64,000 nucleotides of DNA from Candidatus Thiomargarita nelsonii (GCA_000785145.2 JSZA02000037.1:1992-65991), one strand, 5' to 3'; counted from the first letter of the stretch, positions 46,496-55,458 are shown. Notes: a model not told the origin generated them from the letters alone. Program-made: numbers and translations.

Positions 46496-49400
46496 ATGCA
46501 ACGGCATACTGAAGCGGTGGCGCGTTATCGCTCCGAAATGGACACATTATTAAACAATCTCGACGCGATAGATGCAGCAACAGATAATGAGCAACGCCGC
46601 AGGCATATTGATAAGGCTTTGAAACATCTCAAGCCATTACAAAATCAGGGCAAACACGCCCCCTTTGATCCAAACCAATTGCCATTTAATATTCCAAAAG
46701 GCGAGGTGCGTCCACCTATCGAAGATGAAAAGGAATTGAAAAGGCGTTTTCCAGCGAAACCGGTCAAAGTGGCAACCACAACTCTTTTGCCGGATATGCT
46801 AAAAGTGGCGCAAGCCCCCGATTCGACTGATTTAGAGCCAACAGAGGACGTACAAATCACCCCCCCAATAGAGGCATTGGCTTTAGAATTAGAACATAAT
46901 CCCGTTAAAATCTATAATTGGGTGCATGATAATATTCAGTTTATTCCGACTTATGGCTCAATCCAAGGCAGCCAAATGACTTTGGAGACAAAGAGCGGAA
47001 ATGCCTTTGATACAGCCAGCTTACTCATTGCATTGCTCCGTGCATCAGGGATACATGCCCGTTATGCTTATGGCACCGTGCGAATTCCCATTAACCAAGC
47101 CAAAAATTGGGTAGGCGGAGTGACATCACCAGAGGCAGCGATGCAATTATTCGGTCAAGGCGGCATTCCGACGGCGGGTTTAGCGCAAGGTGGCGTGATT
47201 AAGTTTTTGAAATTGGAACACATTTGGGTAGAAGCCTGGGTAGATTTCTTTCCGAGCCGAGGGGCGAGACATAAAACGGGTGATAGCTGGGTACCGATGG
47301 ATGCCTCTTTTAAGCAGTATGAATTTAGTGCCGGGATGGATATTCAAGGCAATGTGCCGTTTGATGCCGAAGGATTTGTCGATCAAATTGTCAATACTGC
47401 CCAAATTAATGAAGATGAAGGCTGGGTTTCTGATATTGACCTGCAAACTATTCGCACAGCCCTAAACAACTACCAAACACAATGGCAAACCGACCTTGAC
47501 AATCGTCATCCTGGCGCCACTTTAGCAGATATGCTGGATAAGCAAACAATTAAGCCAGCCAATCGTCCTAGCTTAGCAGCCGCTTTACCTTATGATTTGA
47601 TAGCAAAAGCTGATACTTGGACGACTCTTCCAGACCACTTACGTCACACGGTCACGCTGAAATTTTACAATAGCCCTTCGGCTCAACATCTGGATGACCC
47701 CTCATTAAACTATACACTCAGTTTGCCTGCCTTAAATACTCAACGGTTCGGTGTCACTTATGAACCAGCCACCGAAAAAGATGCCCAAACCTTAAACCAT
47801 TTTATAACGGCAGACACAAACACACTACCAGTTTATCTATTAAACCTCAAACCCGTTCTCAAACGAAACGAAGCCGTACTTTCTACTGGTTCTGTCATTG
47901 GAATGGGGCAAACTCAATACTATACCATTACCCTCAAAAATCCCCACCATGTCCATAGCGCCAAAGGCAGAGTGACCGCTGGCGATGAAATCGTTTTTGG
48001 AGTGAACAGCAATGAGATTCCTCTTTCTGTGGTGCAAAAACGTTTTAATAGCATCAACCCAAATAGTGCCGCCGAAAACTTACACCAAATGGCTTTACAT
48101 TTCTGGGCGGAGCATGATTTCCTAGACCGTCTAACCGCCCAAGCATATCAAGTACATAGATTGCGTATGCCATCTGTGGGACTCTTCTCGGCCCCCCTAT
48201 CAGTCTCCTATTCATTCGGTATTGCGCGTAATGGCATTTATAAAAATCGTCAGATAGACGTAAAACTTAATCTACAATCCGTCGTAGCTGAAACCGAATC
48301 AGCACTTTTTGGTTATATGTCTCAGAGTGGCATACAAGGTTCTTATTTGGAAGGCTCAGTGATTGAACAACTGTTTAAATATACACAAGGCCGAGGACTT
48401 TCAGCCACACAATTATTCATTGAAGCGACTGAGCAGAATATTCCCATCTATCTGGTCACTGAAGAAAACCTTGAAAGAGTTTTGCCCCAGCTCGCTGTGC
48501 ATCAGGAAGTCATAACAGACATCGTTAATGCCATTCATGCCGGACAACAGGTCATTGTGCCGCAACGAGAGATAATTCACGACAATTGGAAGGGAACCGG
48601 CTATATTATTCAAGACCCCCTCACGGGCGCAGGCGCTTATCTTATTGAAGGCGGACTGAATGGAGGCCTGCTGGAATCCTTATTTTGCGAATATTCTAAG
48701 TTGCCTTTGGCTCAACAAATTCTTATATTAGCAGCCGCAGTAATAATGGCTTACCTCGTTGCGATTGTCATGGTACATGCTGTGATGTGGATTAGGGCCG
48801 GAATGATAGTAAGGGCTGAAATAAGCCGCATTATGGCCCTGCCCATGACGACGGTGACGGCTACTGTGCCTGAAATGGTGACAGCTTCCACGACGGCAGA
48901 CGGACGGGGAGCGGATGATTGTTATCTCGAACCGAGCTTAAAAATTTATAAGGTCAGTTTTGAGAATGATATCACTATTTATAAAGATAAAATTGGCGAG
49001 GCTATTGAGATTAAGGATCCGGTTTGGATAGATTTGAATATGGATGGTCAAATTCAGATACCATTGGATAAAAATGAACGTGTTGGTTATGCGGGTGGTT
49101 CTCTAATGAAAGTTAAAGCGGAGTTTTCGGTATCACCACCTTATGTGCATGGTCCTATTGAGAATGACATCCGAATTGGGGTGATTGGTCCAGGTTTCAA
49201 TTTAAGCGGATTAGGGGAATACCATCCTGAACATGAGTTGGTGTCAGTGACTTTGCCCTTAAAAACTTGGGAAAAGCAGACTCAATTTTTTGGGCCATCG
49301 AATCCTATGAGTCTTTCTTGGAGCTATTCGTTTGATGGAGTGACATACCATTCAGCGGGTGTGAGTGAGCATATAGTTTATGTGACGCTTGCTGAGAAGT

Positions 49401-50176
49401 TAGAATATCTTGATAAGGTGTATTTGACGTTGTTGCATTTGGCGACTTCAAATCCGGGGGCAACGACTAAGGCAGAGGCGGTGGAAAAGACTTGGTCTCT
49501 GTTTGAAAACCTCAACTTTAAAACTTGGGATAATCGGAAATTCCTCTATTATGGCACTGGAGCCTCTGGATGTTTTGATTATCAAAGCGTGACAGATTTC
49601 TTGAAAGTGTTTGAGTTACCTACGGAAAGTAGTGCCCCTTGTGATGGTTTTGCTAACATTTTTATTTTATCTCTGTGGCTCAATGGCATAACGCCTGAGT
49701 GTGTACAAGTTTATCCTGAGAAAATTCTTGATTATGATGAAGATGGTAAGCCAATAAGGGAATTTATGCTTGTTAACAATTGGGAAGTTATTAATACGAG
49801 TTTTCCTGACAGGAACACACATAAATGGAAATTTCAACTACATGAGGAAACTGCCAGTATGATGCCTCCATTTCCTAACAATAATCCGTTTGTCTATGGG
49901 GATTTAAAGAGTGTAGATGGGATTGCGGGGCAAAACATTAATCAGCCACTTGAAAAGGCTTTTTCGCAACATTATCTTGTGACAGTGAATGGGGATTATT
50001 ATGATCCTTCTTATGGTCTGCTCCATGATAGCCCTGAAGAGTTTGAAGAAAATGCACTCTTTGGATATATCATGCCAGATCCCTATGGTACATATGATGA
50101 TTTCCTAGCGAGAAAACATCAACACGCTGGTGAAGTCATATTTGAGACAACTACCACTCCTTCATGTGGTTTTTAA
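46496..50176 (+). CDS. P2: 5'-decapitated paralog of P1 with a different C-terminus containing an intact Cys-His-Asp transglutaminase/papain-like core
   Basis: aa 1-310 are ~95% identical to P1 aa 121-430, and the rest is ~35-40% identical. Junction motif WKGTGYIIQDPLTGAGAYLIEGGLNGG. The C-terminus has APCDGFANIFILSLWLNGI, SQHYLVTV and YYDPSYG. Confidence 0.8.
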   Translation: MQRHTEAVARYRSEMDTLLNNLDAIDAATDNEQRRRHIDKALKHLKPLQNQGKHAPFDPNQLPFNIPKGEVRPPIEDEKELKRRFPAKPVKVATTTLLPDMLKVAQAPDSTDLEPTEDVQITPPIEALALELEHNPVKIYNWVHDNIQFIPTYGSIQGSQMTLETKSGNAFDTASLLIALLRASGIHARYAYGTVRIPINQAKNWVGGVTSPEAAMQLFGQGGIPTAGLAQGGVIKFLKLEHIWVEAWVDFFPSRGARHKTGDSWVPMDASFKQYEFSAGMDIQGNVPFDAEGFVDQIVNTAQINEDEGWVSDIDLQTIRTALNNYQTQWQTDLDNRHPGATLADMLDKQTIKPANRPSLAAALPYDLIAKADTWTTLPDHLRHTVTLKFYNSPSAQHLDDPSLNYTLSLPALNTQRFGVTYEPATEKDAQTLNHFITADTNTLPVYLLNLKPVLKRNEAVLSTGSVIGMGQTQYYTITLKNPHHVHSAKGRVTAGDEIVFGVNSNEIPLSVVQKRFNSINPNSAAENLHQMALHFWAEHDFLDRLTAQAYQVHRLRMPSVGLFSAPLSVSYSFGIARNGIYKNRQIDVKLNLQSVVAETESALFGYMSQSGIQGSYLEGSVIEQLFKYTQGRGLSATQLFIEATEQNIPIYLVTEENLERVLPQLAVHQEVITDIVNAIHAGQQVIVPQREIIHDNWKGTGYIIQDPLTGAGAYLIEGGLNGGLLESLFCEYSKLPLAQQILILAAAVIMAYLVAIVMVHAVMWIRAGMIVRAEISRIMALPMTTVTATVPEMVTASTTADGRGADDCYLEPSLKIYKVSFENDITIYKDKIGEAIEIKDPVWIDLNMDGQIQIPLDKNERVGYAGGSLMKVKAEFSVSPPYVHGPIENDIRIGVIGPGFNLSGLGEYHPEHELVSVTLPLKTWEKQTQFFGPSNPMSLSWSYSFDGVTYHSAGVSEHIVYVTLAEKLEYLDKVYLTLLHLATSNPGATTKAEAVEKTWSLFENLNFKTWDNRKFLYYGTGASGCFDYQSVTDFLKVFELPTESSAPCDGFANIFILSLWLNGITPECVQVYPEKILDYDEDGKPIREFMLVNNWEVINTSFPDRNTHKWKFQLHEETASMMPPFPNNNPFVYGDLKSVDGIAGQNINQPLEKAFSQHYLVTVNGDYYDPSYGLLHDSPEEFEENALFGYIMPDPYGTYDDFLARKHQHAGEVIFETTTTPSCGF

Positions 50177-50231
50177 CAACAATTGGAGTGATATGATATG
50201 CTCTAAATGTGATAAGTGCAAAAAAAATCGT

Positions 50232-50299
50232 GGTATTTGGAGTCCAAGAGTTATCTTAAATATACCCACACCCAAGATAACTCTTGGACTCCAAATACC
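50232..50299. repeat. Extended GGAG-hairpin variant (AAGAG/CTCTT stem): 26-bp perfect stem, 16-nt loop
   Basis: GGTATTTGGAGTCCAAGAGTTATCTT ... AAGATAACTCTTGGACTCCAAATACC; lies 55 nt after the P2 stop. Confidence 0.9.
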
Positions 50300-50521
50300 T
50301 TAATATTTTCATCTATGCCTAAATATAGACTTTCATAAAAATGTCGAGCTATAAAGACCTGATAGGTTTCAAAAACCTGTCAGGTCCAAAATATTTATCT
50401 GAACAACTATAGTACGAAATAAAATTATTTATATGCGGTAATTTGATTCCGTTTCAACACTTTGGATAATTTATTGAGGTAAAAACACGATTCTGTTCAG
50501 CTCAAAAAAATAGGTGCATAA

Positions 50522-50800
50522 ATGTCTAGTTACCCTGTTATTCAATTCATAGATAGCTCCAAAGAATATAGGATCATTCAACATGAGTCAGTTAAAATCC
50601 AAGTTTGCAAGTTTGAAATTTTAGCTCATTTTTCAGAAAATGAATCTATAAAATACTTTATTGTTTCACTTTATGAAAAAAGTAAGGGATTATTTTGGTG
50701 GGAGCCTCAAGATGAGAAGCGGGACTATTTATTGTCTACTTCAAACCAATTAGACTGGTTTTTACAACATTGGTTTATTCATGTTTTAGATGAAAAATAG
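50522..50800 (+). CDS. Hypothetical small protein (92 aa), candidate immunity-type ORF
   Basis: ORF only; it sits in the small-ORF cluster downstream of P2. Confidence 0.35.
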   Translation: MSSYPVIQFIDSSKEYRIIQHESVKIQVCKFEILAHFSENESIKYFIVSLYEKSKGLFWWEPQDEKRDYLLSTSNQLDWFLQHWFIHVLDEK

Positions 50801-50826
50801 TCGTTTTTTCTCCAATATTCACTCCT

Positions 50827-51282
50827 ATGTGTTATTATTATATGTTTTTTTGTGAATCGACGCAAACTTATAACAGCTTTGAGGATGCTTACCGAAGTAT
50901 ATTTTCGATGTTGGAAGAGAATATTTGGCGATTGAGACACACTATAGTTCTAAAAAAACTTGGTAAACGTAAAAATGGACGACTTTGGTTAGAGTTCCCT
51001 AATCTAAAAGACTCAAAATGCTTTTTTTATCCCCCTAAGCCTAGAGTCAGATGTATAGGCAGGGATTTATATATCAAATTGAAGTGTGTCAGGCGGAAAG
51101 GGAGTCACTGGGAAATTGATATAGAAGGGGTTAATGGTCAGAAAGTTATATTAATTTTTGATGAGAACTATGAATTGATTGAAATTTTTGGGGATGCTAT
51201 TAAAAATGGCAGACAAAAAGTCATTCAAAGTAAAAAACCGATGGAGAAATTAAAAGAGAAATTAAAAGAGTTTGTAAATTAG
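50827..51282 (+). CDS. Hypothetical small protein (151 aa), candidate immunity-type ORF
   Basis: ORF only; the stop abuts a REPIN element. Confidence 0.35.
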   Translation: MCYYYMFFCESTQTYNSFEDAYRSIFSMLEENIWRLRHTIVLKKLGKRKNGRLWLEFPNLKDSKCFFYPPKPRVRCIGRDLYIKLKCVRRKGSHWEIDIEGVNGQKVILIFDENYELIEIFGDAIKNGRQKVIQSKKPMEKLKEKLKEFVN

Positions 51283-51442
51283 CGAGCGTAGGATGCGTCC
51301 TACGCACCATCCATAAACCACCATTAATCTACACCGACATCAAAAATGTGCGTGGGACGCACTCTACGCTCGCTAGGGCAACCACAAGGGATTGCCCCTA
51401 CGAACCGTTATGTTTTGTAGGGGCAATCCTTTATGGTTGCCC
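51281..51442. repeat. Two abutting REPINs (AGCGAGCGTAGGrTGCG type, then GGGCAACC/GTAGGGGCAA type)
   Basis: Direct reading; the first starts within the stop codon of 50827-51282. Confidence 0.85.
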
Positions 51443-51693
51443 TAAAGTTAACTAGGTTATTTTATGCACGTTCCTTAATATCCATAGGTACAGAAAATAA
51501 ATTAACATTTTTGTTTCTATATCAGCACAGATAATATAATTTGCTTAACAATGTTAAATTTTTTGTATTTACTTGGATACGCTTGTTCATAATTATCTAA
51601 ATTATTTACTTTGACTTTTTTTGTTCTCTACTGAGAAAGGTATAATTGTTGATTATATCAATTTTTAATTGAAAAAAGGGGTTATTTAAGCTA

Positions 51694-52146
51694 ATGTTAT
51701 TATGCAAACTTTTATGGTATATTGAGGCAACTAATTGGGAAGATAAAGGTGATATCAATATATTCACCTTTGAAAAATTGGAAAAAACTATAAATCAGTT
51801 TGAAAAACAACATCATGGAAATAAAGCGTCGATATTACAGATACATCTTTCTTCAGGAACTTATCTGGAAGTCGGCTTAGGCTATCCTAAAATATGGTTG
51901 TTTTATGTTTCTCCAAATGAGTGTAAAACAAGTCTCGGGGATAAAGAGAATAGAGATATTGTTGAATTTTGGTGGGGTAATGAATCAGAAGAATTTAGAA
52001 AACGTGAATTAATACCTAATGCTCTGGCTCGACATGCAATTTTATATTTTGTCAAGAGTGGCGGAAAATTAACTGAGGAAGTTACTTGGTATGATGGTTT
52101 GCTAGAATCTGATATTGATGAAATACCTGAGGATATACCTTTTTAA
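51694..52146 (+). CDS. Imm1-like small cytoplasmic protein (candidate polymorphic-toxin immunity protein)
   Basis: 150 aa; the pattern ...LQIHLSSGTYLEVGLG...LFYVSP...FWWGNESEEF...IPNALARHAILYFVKSGGKLTEEVTWYD matches what I recall of Imm1-type proteins. This has not been checked by a search. Confidence 0.35.
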   Translation: MLLCKLLWYIEATNWEDKGDINIFTFEKLEKTINQFEKQHHGNKASILQIHLSSGTYLEVGLGYPKIWLFYVSPNECKTSLGDKENRDIVEFWWGNESEEFRKRELIPNALARHAILYFVKSGGKLTEEVTWYDGLLESDIDEIPEDIPF

Positions 52147-52243
52147 GCGAGCGTAGGGTGCGTCCTACGCACCTTCTTTCCACATACCACTCAACGACAG
52201 CTACATCAAAAATGTTGTGCGTGGGACGCACCCTACGCTCGCT
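52147..52243. repeat. AGCGAGCGTAGGGTGCG-type REPIN (97 bp)
   Basis: GCGAGCGTAGGGTGCGTCCTACGCACC...GTGCGTGGGACGCACCCTACGCTCGCT, immediately after the stop of 51694-52146. Confidence 0.85.
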
Positions 52244-52417
52244 TTGCCGAAAAGCATGACGGAAAGCTTTAGTTATGGTCCAACAACGGCCCTAGAAACC
52301 CACACGGATTTTAACGGCCAAACAACAAGCTTTAGCTATGACAGCAATGGTCGTCTTCAAGAGAAATTTTACGCGGATGGCACTCAGGAAAGCAAGCGTA
52401 GCATGGGTAAAATATAA
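52244..52417 (+). pseudogene. RHS/YD-repeat protein fragment
   Basis: FSYGPTTALETHTDFNGQTTSFSYDSNGRLQEKFYADG (YD repeats). The 5' end is cut by the REPIN at 52147-52243, and the 3' end runs into further repeats. Confidence 0.55.
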
Positions 52418-52424
52418 ATATTGT

Positions 52425-52556
52425 ATGTAGGGTGGGTAGGGGCAATCCCTTGTGGTTGCCCGCGCAACATCGTTATGGGACGCCCAACCCACCATTTATC
52501 ATAAAATTGGTAGTTCGTTCCACCTAAATTAATGTAGGGTGCGTCCTACGCACCGT
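52425..52556. repeat. Nested GTAG-headed REP cluster
   Basis: TGTAGGGTGG interrupted by GTAGGGGCAATCCCTTGTGGTTGCCC, then ...GGGACGCCCAACCCACC and TGTAGGGTGCGTCCTACGCACC. Confidence 0.75.
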
Positions 52557-52842
52557 TTTGTCACATAAAAATCCACATTGATTTTTCACAAGCCGAAGGC
52601 ATTCAAAATACAGTTGAATGCCTCAAAAAATACCCCCTATTTTCCACAACCGCTCTTATAAAAAAACGGATTACCCCAAATCCGTTGACTCCCCATCCTC
52701 GGGTAACGAAGTAAATCCCTTGTACTAAAGGATTAAAGCGATAAAAACGACTAAAAAGGAAAACAAATACCGGAATAAATTTTGACTATCTTTAGCGACC
52801 AAAAAATCGAGCCAATAGCACTTGCCCACCATATAAAGCTTA

Positions 52843-54264
52843 TTACCTATCCATTTTAGAAACAACCTCATCCAAAATACTACCAATGCTTTTAAATGAA
52901 CGCCGCCGATAACCAGCAGAAACATTACCTTCTATCTCATAACCCCTATCCCCAGCCCACACCACAAAATCATTTTCGCTAAGAGAGAGATATTTTTTAG
53001 CCACAAACTCCATAAAAGCCGTTTTAGCAAATTGGCTCTCCAAACCGTATTTTTCAAACCTACCACGGATAACTTTATTAGTCGCCTTTTCAAACTCACT
53101 CAATTCAGCTTTAAGCGTCACCTTATCCCAACTCTCTATAAGCTTATCTATTTGATGGTGGCGTTCTTTTTGAAAAATTGACTTTAAATCTTCGAGTTCT
53201 TTTTTTTCTTGTTCTTGGTGTGCCGCTTGCGATTCGCGTTTTGGTTTATTATCATCTTCAACTTGTTTTTGAGATGATTTTGTAGCAGTTGCCCAATCAT
53301 CTCGAATGGCGGAAACGGTGAGAGCACCTAAGTCTTTAGCCTTGCCTTTTGTGTGCTTGGAACGCGCCAAATTAATATTTTCTATTATTCGAGGTAGAGG
53401 AAAATCTTTTATTAGGCGTGAAGCCGTTGTCTCATTGACACCATTTTCCTTTAAAAGGCGCAAAGCATCAATTTGTTCATTACCTAACAACGGCTCCTTT
53501 TTTAAAACAGGCAATTTTTCAGATGACTCAACATTTTTGGACAAATCTAAAGAAGCTTGTGGCTCCTTACATCGCTGTTTAATATTGAAAATCAAATATT
53601 TAATAAATTTACCTTCTCGTTCAGTTTCTAACTCAAAAGTAATATCGCTTTTATATTTTCCGGTTTTTTCATCTTTTTCTTCAAATTCCTTTTTTGCTTG
53701 GTTCAAAACCCACCTTTTAAATTCTTTAAACTCTGAATATTTCTCCTTTTCTATACCTAAAATCTTTCTCAACTCATTGACTTCAAATTTTCTAACTTTC
53801 AATGAAACATACTGTTTTAGGAGAGCATAAATACGAATAGTGTACGCACTTTTAAATTGTACGATAATCTCTAATTGAAATTGAGTAAATTGTTTTTTTA
53901 ATTGCAAAAGATAAGGTTTGAGCGAGGGATCAAAACGTAGTTGTATTTTATTTCCAACTTTTTTAACAGCAGATAACCAGTGAGTTCTTAAATAATCTTG
54001 CCCATCAGCCTCACGAATAAAAATAACCCTATCCTGAACACTAAAAATGACATTTTCTACGTCTCGGGTGGCATGTTTAGGATCAATTCCCATTAGCTTT
54101 GTCAATTGTGTAATATCCAGATCATAATATTGAAAATCCTTATCTTTAGAATGAATCATAGAAATTAAAGACAAAATAACCCGCTGCTCATTAAGAGTTA
54201 GGCTATATCTAGCCTCTACCAACTGATTGGACTGGCGCACAATATTAGATTTTTGTGGACGCAA
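52843..54264 (-). CDS. Plasmid-type replication initiator, Rep_3 (RepB/RepA/pi) family with a C-terminal extension
   Basis: KSNIVRQSNQLVEARYSLTLNEQRVILSLIS... is the canonical Rep_3 N-terminus. TTG start with a G-rich RBS; 473 aa. Confidence 0.75.
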   Translation of the reverse strand: MRPQKSNIVRQSNQLVEARYSLTLNEQRVILSLISMIHSKDKDFQYYDLDITQLTKLMGIDPKHATRDVENVIFSVQDRVIFIREADGQDYLRTHWLSAVKKVGNKIQLRFDPSLKPYLLQLKKQFTQFQLEIIVQFKSAYTIRIYALLKQYVSLKVRKFEVNELRKILGIEKEKYSEFKEFKRWVLNQAKKEFEEKDEKTGKYKSDITFELETEREGKFIKYLIFNIKQRCKEPQASLDLSKNVESSEKLPVLKKEPLLGNEQIDALRLLKENGVNETTASRLIKDFPLPRIIENINLARSKHTKGKAKDLGALTVSAIRDDWATATKSSQKQVEDDNKPKRESQAAHQEQEKKELEDLKSIFQKERHHQIDKLIESWDKVTLKAELSEFEKATNKVIRGRFEKYGLESQFAKTAFMEFVAKKYLSLSENDFVVWAGDRGYEIEGNVSAGYRRRSFKSIGSILDEVVSKMDR

Positions 54265-54282
54265 TTTCCCCCCTTTATAAAA

Positions 54283-54308
54283 GTGTAGGTAACGGATTAA
54301 ACCTACAC
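54283..54308. promoter_or_regulatory. Inverted repeat GTGTAGGT-N10-ACCTACAC 19 nt upstream of rep (candidate Rep operator)
   Basis: Perfect 8-bp arms that share the CCTACAC core with the nearby direct repeats. Confidence 0.5.
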
Positions 54309-54379
54309 GTATTCTAATTAAATTTTAATAAATGTCAATGCAAAATACTTATAAAAAATATAGGTGTATTATTGTTTTT

Positions 54380-54430
54380 ATCCCTACACTTTATCCCACC
54401 AATCCCTACACTTTAGCCCACCAATCCCCT
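54380..54430. promoter_or_regulatory. Iteron-like 22-bp direct repeats ATCCCTACACTTTAkCCCACCA x2 plus a partial copy (candidate oriV)
   Basis: Contiguous 22-bp units at 54380-54401 and 54402-54423. An AT-rich stretch at 54310-54360 lies between them and the operator. Confidence 0.5.
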
Positions 54431-54600
54431 AAAAATTCGTGTCAAGTCAAATTTTCCAAAAAAAAATTTAAGAACTGGCTCAACTCAAAATCCTTGTACC
54501 AACTTTTGAATTCGACACCTCTAATATTTTAACTGACTGATTTTATTTATAAAAGTAAATATCACCCAACAACAAATACTTTGTACCACTTTATAAAACA

Positions 54601-54629
54601 TTGCATTTCCACAACAACCAATATAAAAT
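54601..54629 (+). promoter_or_regulatory. Duplicate of the candidate promoter (TTGCAT-N17-TAAAAT)
   Basis: Same hexamers and spacing upstream of 54666. Confidence 0.4.
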
Positions 54630-54665
54630 CCCCCCACAAAAAAAACCAGGAGACAAAACCAAACC

Positions 54666-55441
54666 ATGCCAAACCCAACAAAAACCAAGAGGATTCTCCT
54701 CATATTAACCAGCCTACTCGCATTAGGCTCAGCACTACCCAGTGCAGCCAACCCCGCGATAGATTGGCTCATCACAACCGCCCAAACCAACGGTGCCTAT
54801 ACCACCGAAAACGACATAGCCACCCCCTTTACAGCCACCGCAGAAACCCTACAAACCCTTTACCAACTAAACGAAACCTCACAACCCACACTCCCTCCCG
54901 CCCTCGAATTTATCCAAACCCAAAGCTTTCCCAGCACAAAAAGGCTCTCCCAAACACTTATACGGAGCGCCTTCGCTGGACAAGCACTTGAGCCCATTAC
55001 TAACCAACTTACCACACGGCTCAACCTCGATGGCGGCATTGGCGATCTCAGCGACTACGACAGCACCATCATAGACACCGCCTGGGCACTCAACGCCCTC
55101 GCCATCACAGACACCCCAATAGAAAACCTCTATCCCGCCATAAACTACCTACTCCAACACCAAAATGGCGGCTGGGCAGACAACGGCAACGAAACCTCCA
55201 GTTACACGCGGCAATAGATTGGATTTTGGATAATGAAGAACCGTCTTATACCAAAGCCCTTAATTCACTAGAAAAGGCAGTAGAATGGCTATCAGCAGAA
55301 AAAGAAGATAAGGCACTTCAGGAATTGCTCAAAGCCTCGGATGAATTGCTCAAAAGCGATGCAGACGATGCCCCGATGATACGGGTGATGATTGGTCAGG
55401 CGATACGGAATGTGTCGGCGGTGATATTTTTGACGCAATAA
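54666..55441 (+). pseudogene. Deletion derivative of the giant protein gene (first ~180 codons joined out of frame to the last ~75 codons)
   Basis: 54666-55205 is paralogous to 36563-37135. 55206-55441 is near-identical to 42392-42621 (AAIDWILDNEEPSYTKALNSLEKAVEWL...). The junction creates a TAG. Confidence 0.8.
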
Positions 55442-55458
55442 GGTTATACAACGTTCAT

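Noticed and set aside
52560-52842. Hairpin AGGCATTCAA-N7-TTGAATGCCT downstream of rep as a terminator
   Set aside because: There is no T-run on the relevant (minus) strand after the stem, so a terminator call is not supportable.
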